A DNA stretch of 64,000 nt from Spirochaetota bacterium. Its GTDB lineage: Bacteria; Spirochaetota; UBA4802; UBA5550. The DNA is taken from contig JAXGNG010000001.1 in NCBI GenBank assembly GCA_040768125.1, positions 118,460 through 182,459 on the forward strand. Direction: 5' to 3'. Below are positions 53,111-62,602 of the stretch, piece after piece (the first letter of the stretch is position 1; the number at the start of each line of letters is the position of its first letter). The notes under the pieces were generated by a model. The model was not told the DNA's origin, did not search any database, and saw only the letters and a program-made list of their open reading frames with translations. Both the position numbers and the translations under genes were made by a program.

Positions 53111-53560
53111 ATGGTGAAGAAGAAGATCATTCACAGGATTCTTGTCAAGAGGATGAGGAGCTGGAGAAGCCGCGAAGACCTTTTCGTCGAGCCGACATCG
53201 ATGGCGGACATCTCGTTTCTACTTCTTCTCTTTTTTATCGTTACCAGCTCCTTTTTAATACGGGAGGGAATTTTCTTTTCCCTTCCGGAAAAAGGAGCCT
53301 CTGTCAGAGTTGAAGAAGAAAAGGTGATCGAGGTGTATCCCGTTGAAGATGGATTCCGGATCGGTGAGGATTTGCTCGATCGACGTAATTTCAAGGAACG
53401 TCTCGCCCGGTCCCTTGCAGAGACTCCGGGGAAGATTCTTGTCATTCGGATGGGGTCAGAAGTCAGATACGATCGCCTGGTTGACACGCTGGGTGTGGCA
53501 AAAGAAACCGGGATGAACCGGATTTCGCTTAAGCATGAAGCCGGGGATAAAGCCAATTGA
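53111..53560 (+). CDS. exbD: ExbD/TolR-family biopolymer transport protein
   Basis: Single TM (ADISFLLLLFFIVTSSF) plus a periplasmic domain. 149 aa. Confidence 0.75.
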   Translation: MVKKKIIHRILVKRMRSWRSREDLFVEPTSMADISFLLLLFFIVTSSFLIREGIFFSLPEKGASVRVEEEKVIEVYPVEDGFRIGEDLLDRRNFKERLARSLAETPGKILVIRMGSEVRYDRLVDTLGVAKETGMNRISLKHEAGDKAN

Positions 53561-53973
53561 AAAATCGTTCTTTCCTGAAAAGAATAAAAACAGTATCCAT
53601 CGTTACCGCAATGGCGGACACTGCTCTCCAGCTGATAATTTTTTTCATGGTTTCCACGACCTATGACGCGCCAAACCTGGCGGAGATACGTCTTCCTGAA
53701 TCTGAAACACAGACATCGGAAAGCGAACACATCTATCTTTCTCTCACACGGCAGGGCAGGGTCTATCTCGGCAATGAAGAGATTTCCCTTGAGGGCCTGA
53801 AGGGCTACCTCTCATACCGCCAGGATCAGCGGAACAAGGTGGTTTCTGTTTTCGCCGACAAGGACCTTCCCTACCGCGATATTGCGGTGGTCCTGACTCT
53901 CCTTCAGGAACAGGATTTCCTGAACGTGCTGTTCATGACCAGCCCGAGAAAAGATACCGGTCCCGGCGAGTAG
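53557..53973 (+). CDS. exbD: ExbD/TolR-family biopolymer transport protein (second copy)
   Basis: Single TM (ADTALQLIIFFMVSTTY) plus a periplasmic domain. 4-nt overlap with the preceding exbD. Confidence 0.75.
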   Translation: MKNRSFLKRIKTVSIVTAMADTALQLIIFFMVSTTYDAPNLAEIRLPESETQTSESEHIYLSLTRQGRVYLGNEEISLEGLKGYLSYRQDQRNKVVSVFADKDLPYRDIAVVLTLLQEQDFLNVLFMTSPRKDTGPGE

Positions 53974-53977
53974 CAGT

Positions 53978-54619
53978 GTGAAAGAGCGACTATCTTCATT
54001 CGTTGAGATGATTGTGGACTTCGAGGAGCGCCATCCCTATGGCTTTGCGTCCATACCATCAATAGCGATGATCCTGTTTGCCCTTTTTTTTACTTTATCA
54101 ACTGGACCCTACAGCCAGGATGCGATAGACACGGAGGAACTGCAGATACTGGACATGGATACGATGTCCGCGTTTGCCGTTCGCAAGCGATTCACAAAAA
54201 AAGACTATTCAACGGATTCCGGTGAGGCACTATCGGATAAACCCGAAGAAGCCGTTGAGCGGGCCACGGGTGAGTCTGATGAGGGTGCCGTGGATATATC
54301 GTTTTATCCGAACGTGGTACCGCCCCGGCTTGTGGGGACGATCCAGCAAAGGTATCCCAAAATTGCCCGCGAGCTTCAGGTCGAAGCGGTGGTCATGGTC
54401 GAACTCCTGATCGGTGCGAGCGGCAAAGTCCTCTCCATCGGCATCGTGGGTATACGCCTCATGAAAGACCTGCCGCCTGATCTTAAGGAGCGGGTTGCGG
54501 CGCAGTTTTACCGGGATGCGAGGCTTATGCTCCAGGACGCACGGTACTCACCGCCCATGGTCGACGGGAAGAACGTTCCCGTGAAAATGGAAGAACGATT
54601 GATATTCAGGCTGGAATAA
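53978..54619 (+). CDS. tonB: TonB-family energy transducer (C-terminal TonB domain)
   Basis: N-terminal TM (IAMILFALFFTL), an acidic/Pro-poor linker, and a C-terminal TonB-like domain (PPRLVGTIQQRYPKIARELQVEAVVMVELLIGASGKV...PPMVDGKNVPV). GTG start. Confidence 0.6.
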   Translation: MKERLSSFVEMIVDFEERHPYGFASIPSIAMILFALFFTLSTGPYSQDAIDTEELQILDMDTMSAFAVRKRFTKKDYSTDSGEALSDKPEEAVERATGESDEGAVDISFYPNVVPPRLVGTIQQRYPKIARELQVEAVVMVELLIGASGKVLSIGIVGIRLMKDLPPDLKERVAAQFYRDARLMLQDARYSPPMVDGKNVPVKMEERLIFRLE

Positions 54620-54623
54620 CGGA

Positions 54624-57119
54624 ATGATGAAGCATGAAAATCCACAGGGCAGGTGCGTTACCCTTCTTGGCCTTGCCATCGTACTGGCGGCGCTTGTTAC
54701 GGTGGCGATGCCTCGATATGCCGAAGGGGCCATGCTCAGGGGCGCCGTGTACAATGCGGCAACGGGGAGGCCTGTTGAATTTGCAAGCGTAAGCGTGGTC
54801 GAGGCACGAAAAAAGTCCTACACCGATGAAAAAGGCATGTACCTCATCGATCTCCCGGACACGGGAGTGTACACGGTCATCGTGCGCTCGGAAGGACTTG
54901 AAACCTACAGAGGCAGGGTTCCCGTTTCGGAGGACACGACGAGAAATGTGTCCCTCACGCCATTGACGATCAGGGGCAAAGGCCTTACGATCACGGGGAA
55001 ACGTGATATCCAGAACGTTTCACGACACACGATGACGATTAAGGAAATCAAGGAAGTTCCCGCGACTTTCGGAGATGCGATCAACGCCATCACCGCGCTT
55101 CCGGGCATTATACGTACCGGGGGTGACCTCTTCGGGCCTATCGTTATCCGGGGGGGAGACCGCAACGGAATACGGTATCTCGTTGATGAGATACCCGTGT
55201 ACAGCCCCCTTCACTATGGCGGATTGCATTCCGTGATAAACAGCAATCTCATTGACAGGATCGATGTGTATGCCTCGGCATTTCCCGCGGAAATCGGATC
55301 TGCCACATCGGCGGTCATAAGCCTAAATACCGTGGACGACGTCAAGGAGTTTGGAGGATACACGGATCTATCCATATTGTCGGCCACGGCCCTCCTGCAG
55401 ACATGCATAATTAAAAACGACGGTGGTAAGCTCGCGCTCGGTTCCCCTCTTGATGAGCGCAAAGAGGAGCGGAAGCCCGCGGGGTACATAATCGCATCGG
55501 GGAGATCGGGATATATCGATATCATCGTTCTTCCCCTGATACAACTTCTCACGGGTGAGCGAATCAGCATCGTGCCCCGTTACTGGGACTACCAGTTCAA
55601 GGCGAAATACTATTTCAACAGCAGCCATTCGCTCACGCTGTTTGCCATGGGCAGCAGTGATTATTTCAGGCTGGTGAATAACAAGGCACCCGAGGATGGG
55701 AGTGATCCCCTCCTTACCGGTTTAAAAGTCAAAACTGATCAGCAGACCCATGGCCAGAGCCTCTACTATACGTACCAGCCATCGGAGAGCTTCAGGAACC
55801 GTTTTACTTTTTACTCATCTCTCAGGCAGAACTATATTTCCGTCAATTTTCCGGCGCCCGGCGTGAACCAGGCTCTTCAGGGACTTTACGTGGATTCGCG
55901 ACCCTATGTATTCGGATTCTCGGATAAATTCAAGGCCGAGGCGGTTAAAAAGATCCTTGAGATCCGGGGGGGAGCGGAGTATGTTCTATATTATTTTACC
56001 GCCAGAGGCAAGACGGCGAATCGTTCTGGGCGTGACGTCACCTTTGACTTGACGGATGATAATTTCCTGCCGATGCCGCTGGATGAGCGAATCATCAACC
56101 ATCTTATCGGCGGTTATGTTGAAACGAAGATCACGTTCAAGGGATTGACCGTTTTACCCGGTTTCAGAACGGACCACTTTAAGAGAAGCGGAGAGTCCAC
56201 CTGGGATCCGAGACTTCTCGTCAGCTATGAATTTCCCACCAAGACGATCCTGTCCGTTGCCGGGGGAAAATACAGTTATTTTTTCCAGACCAACCCGGCA
56301 TATTTTGATGCCTATCCCCAATATGCCAAAATCGGAAAGGATCTCAAGTCAGAATGGGCGTTTCACCGTGTGGCGGGAATCGAGCAGACTCTGGGGCTTT
56401 ATAAGATCAAGGTTGAGGGATTTTATAACGAGTTTTTTGATCTCGCGAACAGGTATGTACACTTCGGTCCTGACTGGAGCATACGGGAGACGATGAACAC
56501 GGGGAAAATTCGCGCTTGGGGCGCGGAGATCTTGTTGACCAAGGATAGAAAGGAAAACCAGGATGATTTTTTTGGATGGATAAGCTATACCTACACGAGG
56601 TCGGTAGAAAGGAGCGGCCTCCCCCACTATCCGGGGCTCTACGGTAATCCTTATAATGAGGTCGGTGACCCCTGGGGGAACAAGTGGCTCAATTATGACA
56701 ACGAGCAAAACCACAGCCTTAAGCTGATACTGGGGTATGTGTTTGGTAAAAATTCGATAACCGGGAAATTCATGCTCTTTTCTTCGAGTCCATATACTCC
56801 TATAGTGTATCACATGGAAGATATTGACTATTACAACACAACGGGGCAGCGTCGGTATTATCCGGTCTATGGGAGGCCCAATTCTCGTCATTTTCCCGTT
56901 AATCATCGACTTGATATTCGTTATAGCCGAACCACAAATTATTCATGGGGACACCTGAGCTGGTACATAGAGGTTATCAATGTTTACAATCACCGCCCGA
57001 TCGCCTTCGAGCGGTGGGACTACCGTCTTCCGTATCTGGGACCCAAAAATCCCAAGCGAAAACCCTTTTCGGATTCCGTGGCCTTTATCCCGAATTTCGG
57101 GATAGAGGTAAAATTTTAA
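54624..57119 (+). CDS. TonB-dependent outer-membrane receptor with an N-terminal carboxypeptidase-regulatory-like domain
   Basis: Signal peptide. CarbopepD_reg-like beta-sandwich (GAVYNAATGRPVEFASVSVV...DTGVYTVIVRSEGLETY). Plug domain (GDAINAITALPGIIRTGGDLFGPIVIRGGD). A long beta-barrel ending in an aromatic C-terminus (GIEVKF). 831 aa. Confidence 0.8.
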   Translation: MMKHENPQGRCVTLLGLAIVLAALVTVAMPRYAEGAMLRGAVYNAATGRPVEFASVSVVEARKKSYTDEKGMYLIDLPDTGVYTVIVRSEGLETYRGRVPVSEDTTRNVSLTPLTIRGKGLTITGKRDIQNVSRHTMTIKEIKEVPATFGDAINAITALPGIIRTGGDLFGPIVIRGGDRNGIRYLVDEIPVYSPLHYGGLHSVINSNLIDRIDVYASAFPAEIGSATSAVISLNTVDDVKEFGGYTDLSILSATALLQTCIIKNDGGKLALGSPLDERKEERKPAGYIIASGRSGYIDIIVLPLIQLLTGERISIVPRYWDYQFKAKYYFNSSHSLTLFAMGSSDYFRLVNNKAPEDGSDPLLTGLKVKTDQQTHGQSLYYTYQPSESFRNRFTFYSSLRQNYISVNFPAPGVNQALQGLYVDSRPYVFGFSDKFKAEAVKKILEIRGGAEYVLYYFTARGKTANRSGRDVTFDLTDDNFLPMPLDERIINHLIGGYVETKITFKGLTVLPGFRTDHFKRSGESTWDPRLLVSYEFPTKTILSVAGGKYSYFFQTNPAYFDAYPQYAKIGKDLKSEWAFHRVAGIEQTLGLYKIKVEGFYNEFFDLANRYVHFGPDWSIRETMNTGKIRAWGAEILLTKDRKENQDDFFGWISYTYTRSVERSGLPHYPGLYGNPYNEVGDPWGNKWLNYDNEQNHSLKLILGYVFGKNSITGKFMLFSSSPYTPIVYHMEDIDYYNTTGQRRYYPVYGRPNSRHFPVNHRLDIRYSRTTNYSWGHLSWYIEVINVYNHRPIAFERWDYRLPYLGPKNPKRKPFSDSVAFIPNFGIEVKF

Positions 57120-57134
57120 TAGAGGAGAAGGATC

Positions 57135-57572
57135 ATGTCTGGTAGACAGAAACCATGGGCGGCCATGCTTCTTTTTGCAGCACTTGCGGTCTCGGGGTGT
57201 AAGACCACGCCCATTACGGCTACGGCATCGACCACTCCGCTCCATGATAAAACGATCGAGGTGAATCACGGCAGGGTCAGGGGATCTCACCGGGCCTGGT
57301 CCGTATTCGGCCTCTGGATGGTGGGCAGACCCGATACGGACAAGGCGATACAAAAGGCCCTGGAGGCACATGGAGCTGATGCCCTTATTAACGTTACCTG
57401 CTATGAACGAGTGGCCTGGTATTTTTTTGTTTCGTCCCACGATGTTGTGGTGGAAGGAGAAGCCGTGGTTTTTCGCAAGGGGGAGCCTATCGAAAAAAAG
57501 GCCACGGTTGAGAAAAAAGACGGCGGTATGGGCCCCCATGGAAAGAAACCGAAGAGACGGAATAGTAGATAA
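57135..57572 (+). CDS. small lipoprotein, paralogue of the next gene
   Basis: Lipobox LAVSGC. Shares the ...G(A/G)D(A/N)LINV(T/R).. block with the downstream lipoprotein. Lys-rich C-terminus. Confidence 0.5.
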   Translation: MSGRQKPWAAMLLFAALAVSGCKTTPITATASTTPLHDKTIEVNHGRVRGSHRAWSVFGLWMVGRPDTDKAIQKALEAHGADALINVTCYERVAWYFFVSSHDVVVEGEAVVFRKGEPIEKKATVEKKDGGMGPHGKKPKRRNSR

Positions 57573-57573
57573 T

Positions 57574-57999
57574 ATGAATCAAATACCGGGTGAATCGAGC
57601 GCGCTGTTTCGCGTTGCCATTATCGTGTGGTGTTTCGCGATACTTGTCACCGGATCCGGATGCGTACGCAGCAATGTTCGCGCAACGGGCATTGAGCCGG
57701 TGGCAAAAAGGATGATTCCCGGAAACTATCGAGTGCTTGGGGAGACGGAAGCTCAGAGCAGCAGTTTCAACCTACTCTGGGTATTCCCGGTAACACCACG
57801 AATAAGTTATGAGTCGGCGGTAAACGATGCCATTGCCAGGCTCGGTGGTGATAACCTAATAAACGTACGAACGTGGATTGAGCGGCAGATCTGGATCGGG
57901 GGCATGGTTGAAATCCTGCATGTGCGGGGAACGGTCATCATGTACGGGGAAGATGTTAGCGATCAAACAACGGGCGTACTACCCGAAAAAAAAGAATAG
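57574..57999 (+). CDS. small lipoprotein, paralogue of the preceding gene
   Basis: Lipobox LVTGSGC. The start at MNQIPG lies 1 nt after the previous stop. The N-terminal part of ORF-track ORF 57370-57999 overlaps the previous gene and is discarded. Confidence 0.5.
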   Translation: MNQIPGESSALFRVAIIVWCFAILVTGSGCVRSNVRATGIEPVAKRMIPGNYRVLGETEAQSSSFNLLWVFPVTPRISYESAVNDAIARLGGDNLINVRTWIERQIWIGGMVEILHVRGTVIMYGEDVSDQTTGVLPEKKE

Positions 58000-58052
58000 T
58001 ATTCCAGAGGTTTTTCGAGTTGCCCGGGTCTGTGGCAGCAAGGGCCATGTGA

Positions 58053-59777
58053 TTGAAAAAAGGCAAAACGCCGGATGTGGAGGATGGGATGGTACGGTTT
58101 ATCGAGAATTACAGGGGGGGTAAATTCGATCTGATCATTATCGGGGGAGGGATTACGGGCGCCGCAGTCGCTTACGATGCCGCATCCCGGGGATTATCGG
58201 TGGCGCTTGTTGAAAAGGGCGATTTCGGCGGCGCCACCTCGGCGGCGACCTCGAAACTGATTCACGGGGGTCTCAGATACCTGGCCACCATGGAGGTGAG
58301 GCTGGTAAGGGAGTCGCTTCGGGAGCGGAAAACCATGGAAAATATCGCCCCCAATTTTGTATATCCCATGGCCACGATGGTCACGACGGGGGGAAAAAAA
58401 TTAACGAACAACAAGTGGGTCATCAAGGCGGGAATGATACTGTATGACATGCTCTCCTATGATAAACGGTTTACCTGGGACCCCGGCAAACGGATTCCTG
58501 TACACCGAAGTCTTTCAAGGAAAAAGGTCCTTGAACTTGAGCCGGTGGTAAAAGCCGATGGGCTTACCGGGGCATCGGTCTATTACGACTGCCTGAGTAT
58601 CTTTCCCGAAAGGCTCACGCTGGGATTCATCCAATCAGCGGTGAAGCATGGAGCAAAAGTTGCCAATTATGCCAGAGTAGAGTCTTTCATCTTTTCAGGT
58701 CCCCACACAATTTCAGGGGTAAAGGTCCGTGACGAATTGGGTGGAAAAGTGGTGGATATCCATGGTGATATCACCATTAACTGCGGCGGGCCCTGGGCGG
58801 ACATTATATTGGGTTTCGCCAAGAAGGATGCGGGTTCTGAACAGCTCAGGCGATCGGAGGGAATCCACATTATTACGAAAAAGTTGGTCAACGATCATAT
58901 CGTGGGGACAGTAACGGCCAGGGGACGCCATATTTTCATCATACCATGGAGGGGCCGCTCCATCATTGGTACCACTGACAAAGAGTATATCGGCAGCCCC
59001 GATGAGTATCATGTTACCGAGCAGAGTATTCGCGAACTGCTGGATGAAGTGAATGATTCCTTCGGGATGAAACCCATTACCTTCAATGATATCCTGTACA
59101 CATGGGGAGGGCTCAGGCCTCTTGTGGAAGACCAGACCGAGGATGTATACGAATCATCCCGAAAATATGAAGTACATGATAACGGCGCTGACGGTCTCGA
59201 AGGCCTCATCACCGTTGAGGGTGGTAAATACACCACAAGCAGGAATCTCGCCGAGCATGCTGTGAAGATGGTAGCAAAAAAAATCGGGAGAAAACTTCCA
59301 AGAACCATAACGGACAGGGAATACCTCGTTGGATCTGAAATACCTGACATGGAAGGGTTTATACGAGATATCGTTAAGGAAAACCCTGATTTCGAGCAGC
59401 GCACGGTGGAGTACCTCGGAAGGAATTACGGGACCGCGTATAAATCTGTTCTGGAAATCGCAAGAGAAGAGAAGGCACTTGCGAAAAGATTAAACGATGA
59501 CGGAGAAATACTTGCCCAGGTGGCGTACGCGGTGAGGAATGAATCAGCACGTACACTGAACGATATACTTTTCCGTAGAACCGGTATCGGGACCCTGGGT
59601 AATCCTGGAGAAGCCGTGCTTAACCAGGTGGCGCGCACGGCTGCGAGAGAACTGAGATGGAATGATGATCGTGTAAAGAAGGAGATGGACAGGGCCTTGG
59701 CAGTGTTCCAGGTCCCGGGGAAGAAGTCGCGACGGAATTCTTCGGGGAAAACGATCGTAAAAGGAAAAGGGAAATAG
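58053..59777 (+). CDS. FAD-dependent glycerol-3-phosphate dehydrogenase (GlpD/GlpA family)
   Basis: FAD-binding GxGxxG (DLIIIGGGITGAAVAYDAASRG). GGLRYL. The C-terminal alpha-helical domain. The likely start is MVRFIEN at 58089. Confidence 0.8.
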   Translation: MKKGKTPDVEDGMVRFIENYRGGKFDLIIIGGGITGAAVAYDAASRGLSVALVEKGDFGGATSAATSKLIHGGLRYLATMEVRLVRESLRERKTMENIAPNFVYPMATMVTTGGKKLTNNKWVIKAGMILYDMLSYDKRFTWDPGKRIPVHRSLSRKKVLELEPVVKADGLTGASVYYDCLSIFPERLTLGFIQSAVKHGAKVANYARVESFIFSGPHTISGVKVRDELGGKVVDIHGDITINCGGPWADIILGFAKKDAGSEQLRRSEGIHIITKKLVNDHIVGTVTARGRHIFIIPWRGRSIIGTTDKEYIGSPDEYHVTEQSIRELLDEVNDSFGMKPITFNDILYTWGGLRPLVEDQTEDVYESSRKYEVHDNGADGLEGLITVEGGKYTTSRNLAEHAVKMVAKKIGRKLPRTITDREYLVGSEIPDMEGFIRDIVKENPDFEQRTVEYLGRNYGTAYKSVLEIAREEKALAKRLNDDGEILAQVAYAVRNESARTLNDILFRRTGIGTLGNPGEAVLNQVARTAARELRWNDDRVKKEMDRALAVFQVPGKKSRRNSSGKTIVKGKGK

Positions 59778-59829
59778 CCTGATCGCGCCTGCAGGGCGAT
59801 TCCAATTCGGATGCAGTTATGGAGGGAGT

Positions 59830-60165
59830 ATGAAAAAGCTTTTAATTGGCGCGATGCTTATACTGTCGATTTTTCTCCCTTTGTCGGTCGTAACACCGGA
59901 ATCCGTTAAAATCGACAGGAATTCCTGCTCCTGTAAGGGAATCAGGCTCCACGGCAAGGTACAGATTGTTACGAGCTTTCCCGATCTTAAGGTTCAGGTC
60001 GTGACATCATTTCCCGACCTCAAGGTAAAACATGTGAACTCCTTTCCCGACTCCTGTGGTAAATGGCAGTTCGTCACATCGTTTCCCGACTTCAAAATTC
60101 AATACGTGACCTCGTTTCCCGATATCAAGATACAATTCGTCGAATCATTCCCCGGAATCCCGTGA
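59830..60165 (+). CDS. secreted small protein made of about six tandem ~11-aa repeats with an SFPD core
   Basis: Signal peptide MKKLLIGAMLILSIFLPLSVV. A CxC pair is followed by the repeats KVQIVTSFPDL, KVQVVTSFPDL, KVKHVNSFPDS, QFVTSFPDF, KIQYVTSFPDI and KIQFVESFPGIP. The underlying DNA has about 33-bp period repeats (59955-60160). Confidence 0.55.
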   Translation: MKKLLIGAMLILSIFLPLSVVTPESVKIDRNSCSCKGIRLHGKVQIVTSFPDLKVQVVTSFPDLKVKHVNSFPDSCGKWQFVTSFPDFKIQYVTSFPDIKIQFVESFPGIP

Positions 60166-60182
60166 CGGGTGGTGCGGTTCCG

Positions 60183-60704
60183 ATGTCTGATATGATAATT
60201 CCGGCAAAGGCCAAATTTTTTGTGAGTGTTATATACAGCTCTGACGAAATTCTCTCTGAATTGGAAAAGCGGCTCACCAAGAAATTTGGGATAATCGATT
60301 ATCGGACCAGGAGTTTTCCCTACGTATCGGGTGAATTTTTCAGGGAGAAGGGGCCCGCGCAGCACCGAGTTTTTCTTTCGTTTGGGAAATTAATGAAAAG
60401 GGAGCGGATCGTTTCGGTAAAAAGAATAACCGCGGGTCTTGAAAAACGCGTCATGAAGCAGGACCGACAAAGCGCTAAGATCGATCCAGGGTACCTGACC
60501 CTGTCCAATGTATTCATCGCGACCGGGAGGGACTATTTCCACCGGGTCTATGTTGGGAAAGGGGTGTACCTGGAAAACGAATACCGCTACGTGGGGAAGC
60601 GGTACCAACCATGGGAATGGACCCCGCCGGATCTTCACAAGCCAGAGAATGTTTTTTTCTTCCACGAGGTGCGCATGCTGTACCAGAAGCAGCTCGGAGG
60701 GTGA
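60183..60704 (+). CDS. hypothetical protein (possible DUF), 173 aa
   Basis: Start taken at MSDMIIP (60183). The upstream part of ORF-track ORF 60063-60704 overlaps the repeat-protein gene in another frame. Conserved-looking C-terminal blocks GYLTLSNVFIATGRDYFHRVYVGKGVYLENEYRY. Confidence 0.5.
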   Translation: MSDMIIPAKAKFFVSVIYSSDEILSELEKRLTKKFGIIDYRTRSFPYVSGEFFREKGPAQHRVFLSFGKLMKRERIVSVKRITAGLEKRVMKQDRQSAKIDPGYLTLSNVFIATGRDYFHRVYVGKGVYLENEYRYVGKRYQPWEWTPPDLHKPENVFFFHEVRMLYQKQLGG

Positions 60705-60710
60705 TTGTTC

Positions 60711-61142
60711 CTATACATCGATCACCGCGGTGGCGCTCCATACCTCTCCATCCCGGGTAACCGAAAGCCCGTGAAGGGTTACCGCTTTAATATCGACTCG
60801 AAAATAATGCCGTTCCCTGTCGATCTCTTCGCCGCGGCAGAGGGCCCTTAGGCGATAGCCCCTTTCAAAGGGCGAGATATCAAGCGAGTGGGGAAGGAGA
60901 AGAAGACGCCTGGCGTCCTTGTAATAAATGATTTCTGAGAGCCATTCGTGGTAAAGAAGATCGATTGCCTCATCCTCGCACAGTATGTCAAGATCCATGG
61001 TGGGATGGATTGCCCCGGGGTTTTCCATCATGATAGCCATGAGGGCCCTCGCACCTTCGGCGAAAAGGGACTCCAGGTCATCATGTTGGACCCTGAAGGC
61101 AATATCCGCATGGCTCAATCCTTCCAGTAATTCATAGGCCAT
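60711..61142 (-). CDS. archease (RtcB activator)
   Basis: 143 aa. HADIAFRV...LESLFAEGARALMAIM...EDEAIDLLYHEWLSEIIYY...IKAVTLHGLSVTRDGEVWSATAVIDV matches the archease family (PF01951). Confidence 0.8.
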   Translation of the reverse strand: MAYELLEGLSHADIAFRVQHDDLESLFAEGARALMAIMMENPGAIHPTMDLDILCEDEAIDLLYHEWLSEIIYYKDARRLLLLPHSLDISPFERGYRLRALCRGEEIDRERHYFRVDIKAVTLHGLSVTRDGEVWSATAVIDV

Positions 61143-61147
61143 TACGG

Positions 61148-62602
61148 TTACCCCTTGATGTTAGCCAGGGGAAGAAGTCGCGCAACGGCCCTGCTGAGGC
61201 CGCCCCCGGATGTCGCTTCGATGACCTCGTCGACATTTTTGTAGGCTCCTCCCGCCTCTTCGGCGAGTCCGGAGTAGGAGGAGGTGAGGACCAGTATACC
61301 GCGGTCCTGGAGATCTTTCTGGAGGTCCCTTCCCCGGTACGCGCTCCTGGCCTGGGTGCGCGACATGACCCTGCCGCTTCCATGACAGGTGGAATGGAAT
61401 GCATCGCCGCTGCTATTAACGCCGGCCAGGATATAGGAGCCCGTTTCCATGCTGCCTCCGATGAGCACGGGCTGTCCCGTCTTCTTATAATGGGCGGGAA
61501 TGCCCTCCATGCCGGGGCCAAAGGCGCGTGTGGCGCCCTTGCGATGTACGAGGACGGTTCTTTCAGTTCCCCGTATGCGGTGCTTCTCAAGCTTCGCCGT
61601 ATTATGGCATACATCATACACAAGCCGGAGGCCGAGGTCATCGGGCGATTTCTTGAAGATATCGGAGAACACATTCTTCACGGCGTGCATGATTACCTGG
61701 CGGTTCAGGAAGGCGTAGTTGATCGCGCAGTTCATCGCCCTGAAATAATTTTGTCCCTCTTCAGAACGGAAGGGGGCGCAGGCGAGTTCCCGGTCGGGCA
61801 TTGACAGGCCGAATTTTCTTGTCATGGCGGAGAGAAAGCTCTTGAGATAATCCGTGGCGATCTGGTGGCCGTAACCGCGGCTTCCTGAATGAATCATTAC
61901 CATGATCTGTTCGTCACGATCAATACCGAATATTCTCGCGGTTTCGGCATCGAAAACATTATTTTTTGTTACAACCTGTATTTCCAGGTAGTGGTTCCCG
62001 GAACCGAGGCTCCCGATCTGCTCCTTGCCGCGGGCGCGGGCTTTGTTCGAAACGGTCCGCGGATCCGCATACACCATCTTCCCCCCTTCTTCAATCAGTT
62101 CAAGGTCATCAGGTATGCCATGACCGTTTCTCACGGCCCACTCCGCGCCACGCGTTATCGCCTCGTTGAAACGGTCGTCACCGAGGGAGATCAGCCCCCC
62201 TGAGCCCACTCCCGAGGGTATGCGGGAGAACAGGGCCTCTGTCAATTTTCTCAATTTCGGCTTTAATTCGTCCTGGGTTAGTGATGTTCTCATGAGGCGA
62301 ACGCCGCAATTGATGTCAAAGCCTATTCCGCCGGGCGAGATGACTCCCTCGTCGGGGTCCATTGCGGCGACGCCGCCAATGGGGAAGCCGTAGCCGGAAT
62401 GGCCGTCTGGCATACAGAGGGCATGGCTGACGATACCCGGGAGGAAGGCGACATTGGAGAGCTGTTCAAGGACGGCGGTGTCCATGTTTTCAATAAGTTT
62501 GCGTGAGCCGTAGATGCGTCCCGGAACGCGCATCCCTTTTTTAAAACCCACGGGCAATTCGAAGAGGTATTCATTAATCTGATTGAGATGCTCGATATTC
62601 AT
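61148..62602 (-). CDS. rtcB: RNA-splicing ligase RtcB
   Basis: MRVPGRIYG, LPGIVSHALCMPDGHSGYGFPIGGVAA, and the metal/GTP ligands (NCGVR, HSGSRG, HNTA). Start taken at MNIEHLNQ (62602). The ORF-track start at 62656 adds a non-canonical 18 aa. Antisense/overlapping ORF 61132-61674 is rejected. Confidence 0.9.
   Translation of the reverse strand: MNIEHLNQINEYLFELPVGFKKGMRVPGRIYGSRKLIENMDTAVLEQLSNVAFLPGIVSHALCMPDGHSGYGFPIGGVAAMDPDEGVISPGGIGFDINCGVRLMRTSLTQDELKPKLRKLTEALFSRIPSGVGSGGLISLGDDRFNEAITRGAEWAVRNGHGIPDDLELIEEGGKMVYADPRTVSNKARARGKEQIGSLGSGNHYLEIQVVTKNNVFDAETARIFGIDRDEQIMVMIHSGSRGYGHQIATDYLKSFLSAMTRKFGLSMPDRELACAPFRSEEGQNYFRAMNCAINYAFLNRQVIMHAVKNVFSDIFKKSPDDLGLRLVYDVCHNTAKLEKHRIRGTERTVLVHRKGATRAFGPGMEGIPAHYKKTGQPVLIGGSMETGSYILAGVNSSGDAFHSTCHGSGRVMSRTQARSAYRGRDLQKDLQDRGILVLTSSYSGLAEEAGGAYKNVDEVIEATSGGGLSRAVARLLPLANIKG

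Noticed and set aside
59955-60160. About 33-bp-period DNA repeats that could be mistaken for a CRISPR or minisatellite array
   Set aside because: The repeats are in-frame inside an ORF with a signal peptide and encode a regular peptide repeat. There are no spacer-like unique segments or cas genes.
60063-60182. 5' extension of ORF-track ORF 60063-60704
   Set aside because: It overlaps the repeat-protein gene in another frame. The start was reassigned to the ATG at 60183.
61132-61674. 180-aa minus-strand ORF overlapping rtcB in another frame
   Set aside because: It is an out-of-frame overlap with a highly conserved RtcB sequence and has a Pro/Arg/Ser-rich composition.
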